In this document: piece by piece, positions 25,934 to 25,947 of the stretch
Layout: each line of letters opens with the position of its first letter
How positions within the stretch are numbered: position 1 is the stretch's first letter
Source: a virus
Lineage: Duplodnaviria > Caudoviricetes
Strand: one strand, 5' to 3'
DNA: 25,947 nt
IMG/VR virus record: IMGVR_UViG_3300017765_000044
Coordinates: 1 to 25,947 of that record
Translations under genes and position numbers: made by a program
The notes under the pieces: model-generated
The model's database searches: none
Seen by the model: only the letters and a program-made list of their open reading frames with translations
What the model was told of the DNA's origin: nothing

Positions 25934-25947
25934 ATGACTAAAGAAAA
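25934..25947 (+). CDS. Possible start of a further small gene, truncated by the window edge (MTKE...)
   Basis: ATG 2 bp after the previous stop; only 4 full codons are visible. Confidence 0.35.

Overview
A low-GC tailed dsDNA phage segment, most consistent with a short-tailed, crAss-like-related virus of a Bacteroidetes (probably aquatic flavobacterial) host. The host call is an inference from gene order, protein motifs and AT-rich starts without Shine-Dalgarno sequences. Bases 1-24770 form one tightly packed minus-strand morphogenesis block. In transcription order it encodes Lys-rich SPLN-motif proteins, GroEL and GroES, a wHTH protein, a pre-toxin-like hairpin protein, an HExxH protease, a holin, a tandem double-GroES protein, putative TerS, TerL, portal, scaffold, major capsid protein, two paralogous small proteins, two ring/adaptor proteins and a 2315-aa tail stabilisation protein ending in nine Cys-rich repeats. 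A structured divergent intergenic region (24771-25112) separates this block from small plus-strand genes, two of which sit exactly 77 bp behind a repeated 47-bp promoter-like motif. The most novel candidates are: (1) a 42-aa ArfA-like basic ORF overprinted in the +1 frame of the scaffold gene; (2) a shared N-terminal 'SPLN' leader on several basic proteins beside a phage metalloprotease; (3) GroEL with two different co-chaperonins; (4) two distinct phage promoter classes flanking an inverted repeat and a G-rich island. No database searches were run; family calls rest on motif recognition.
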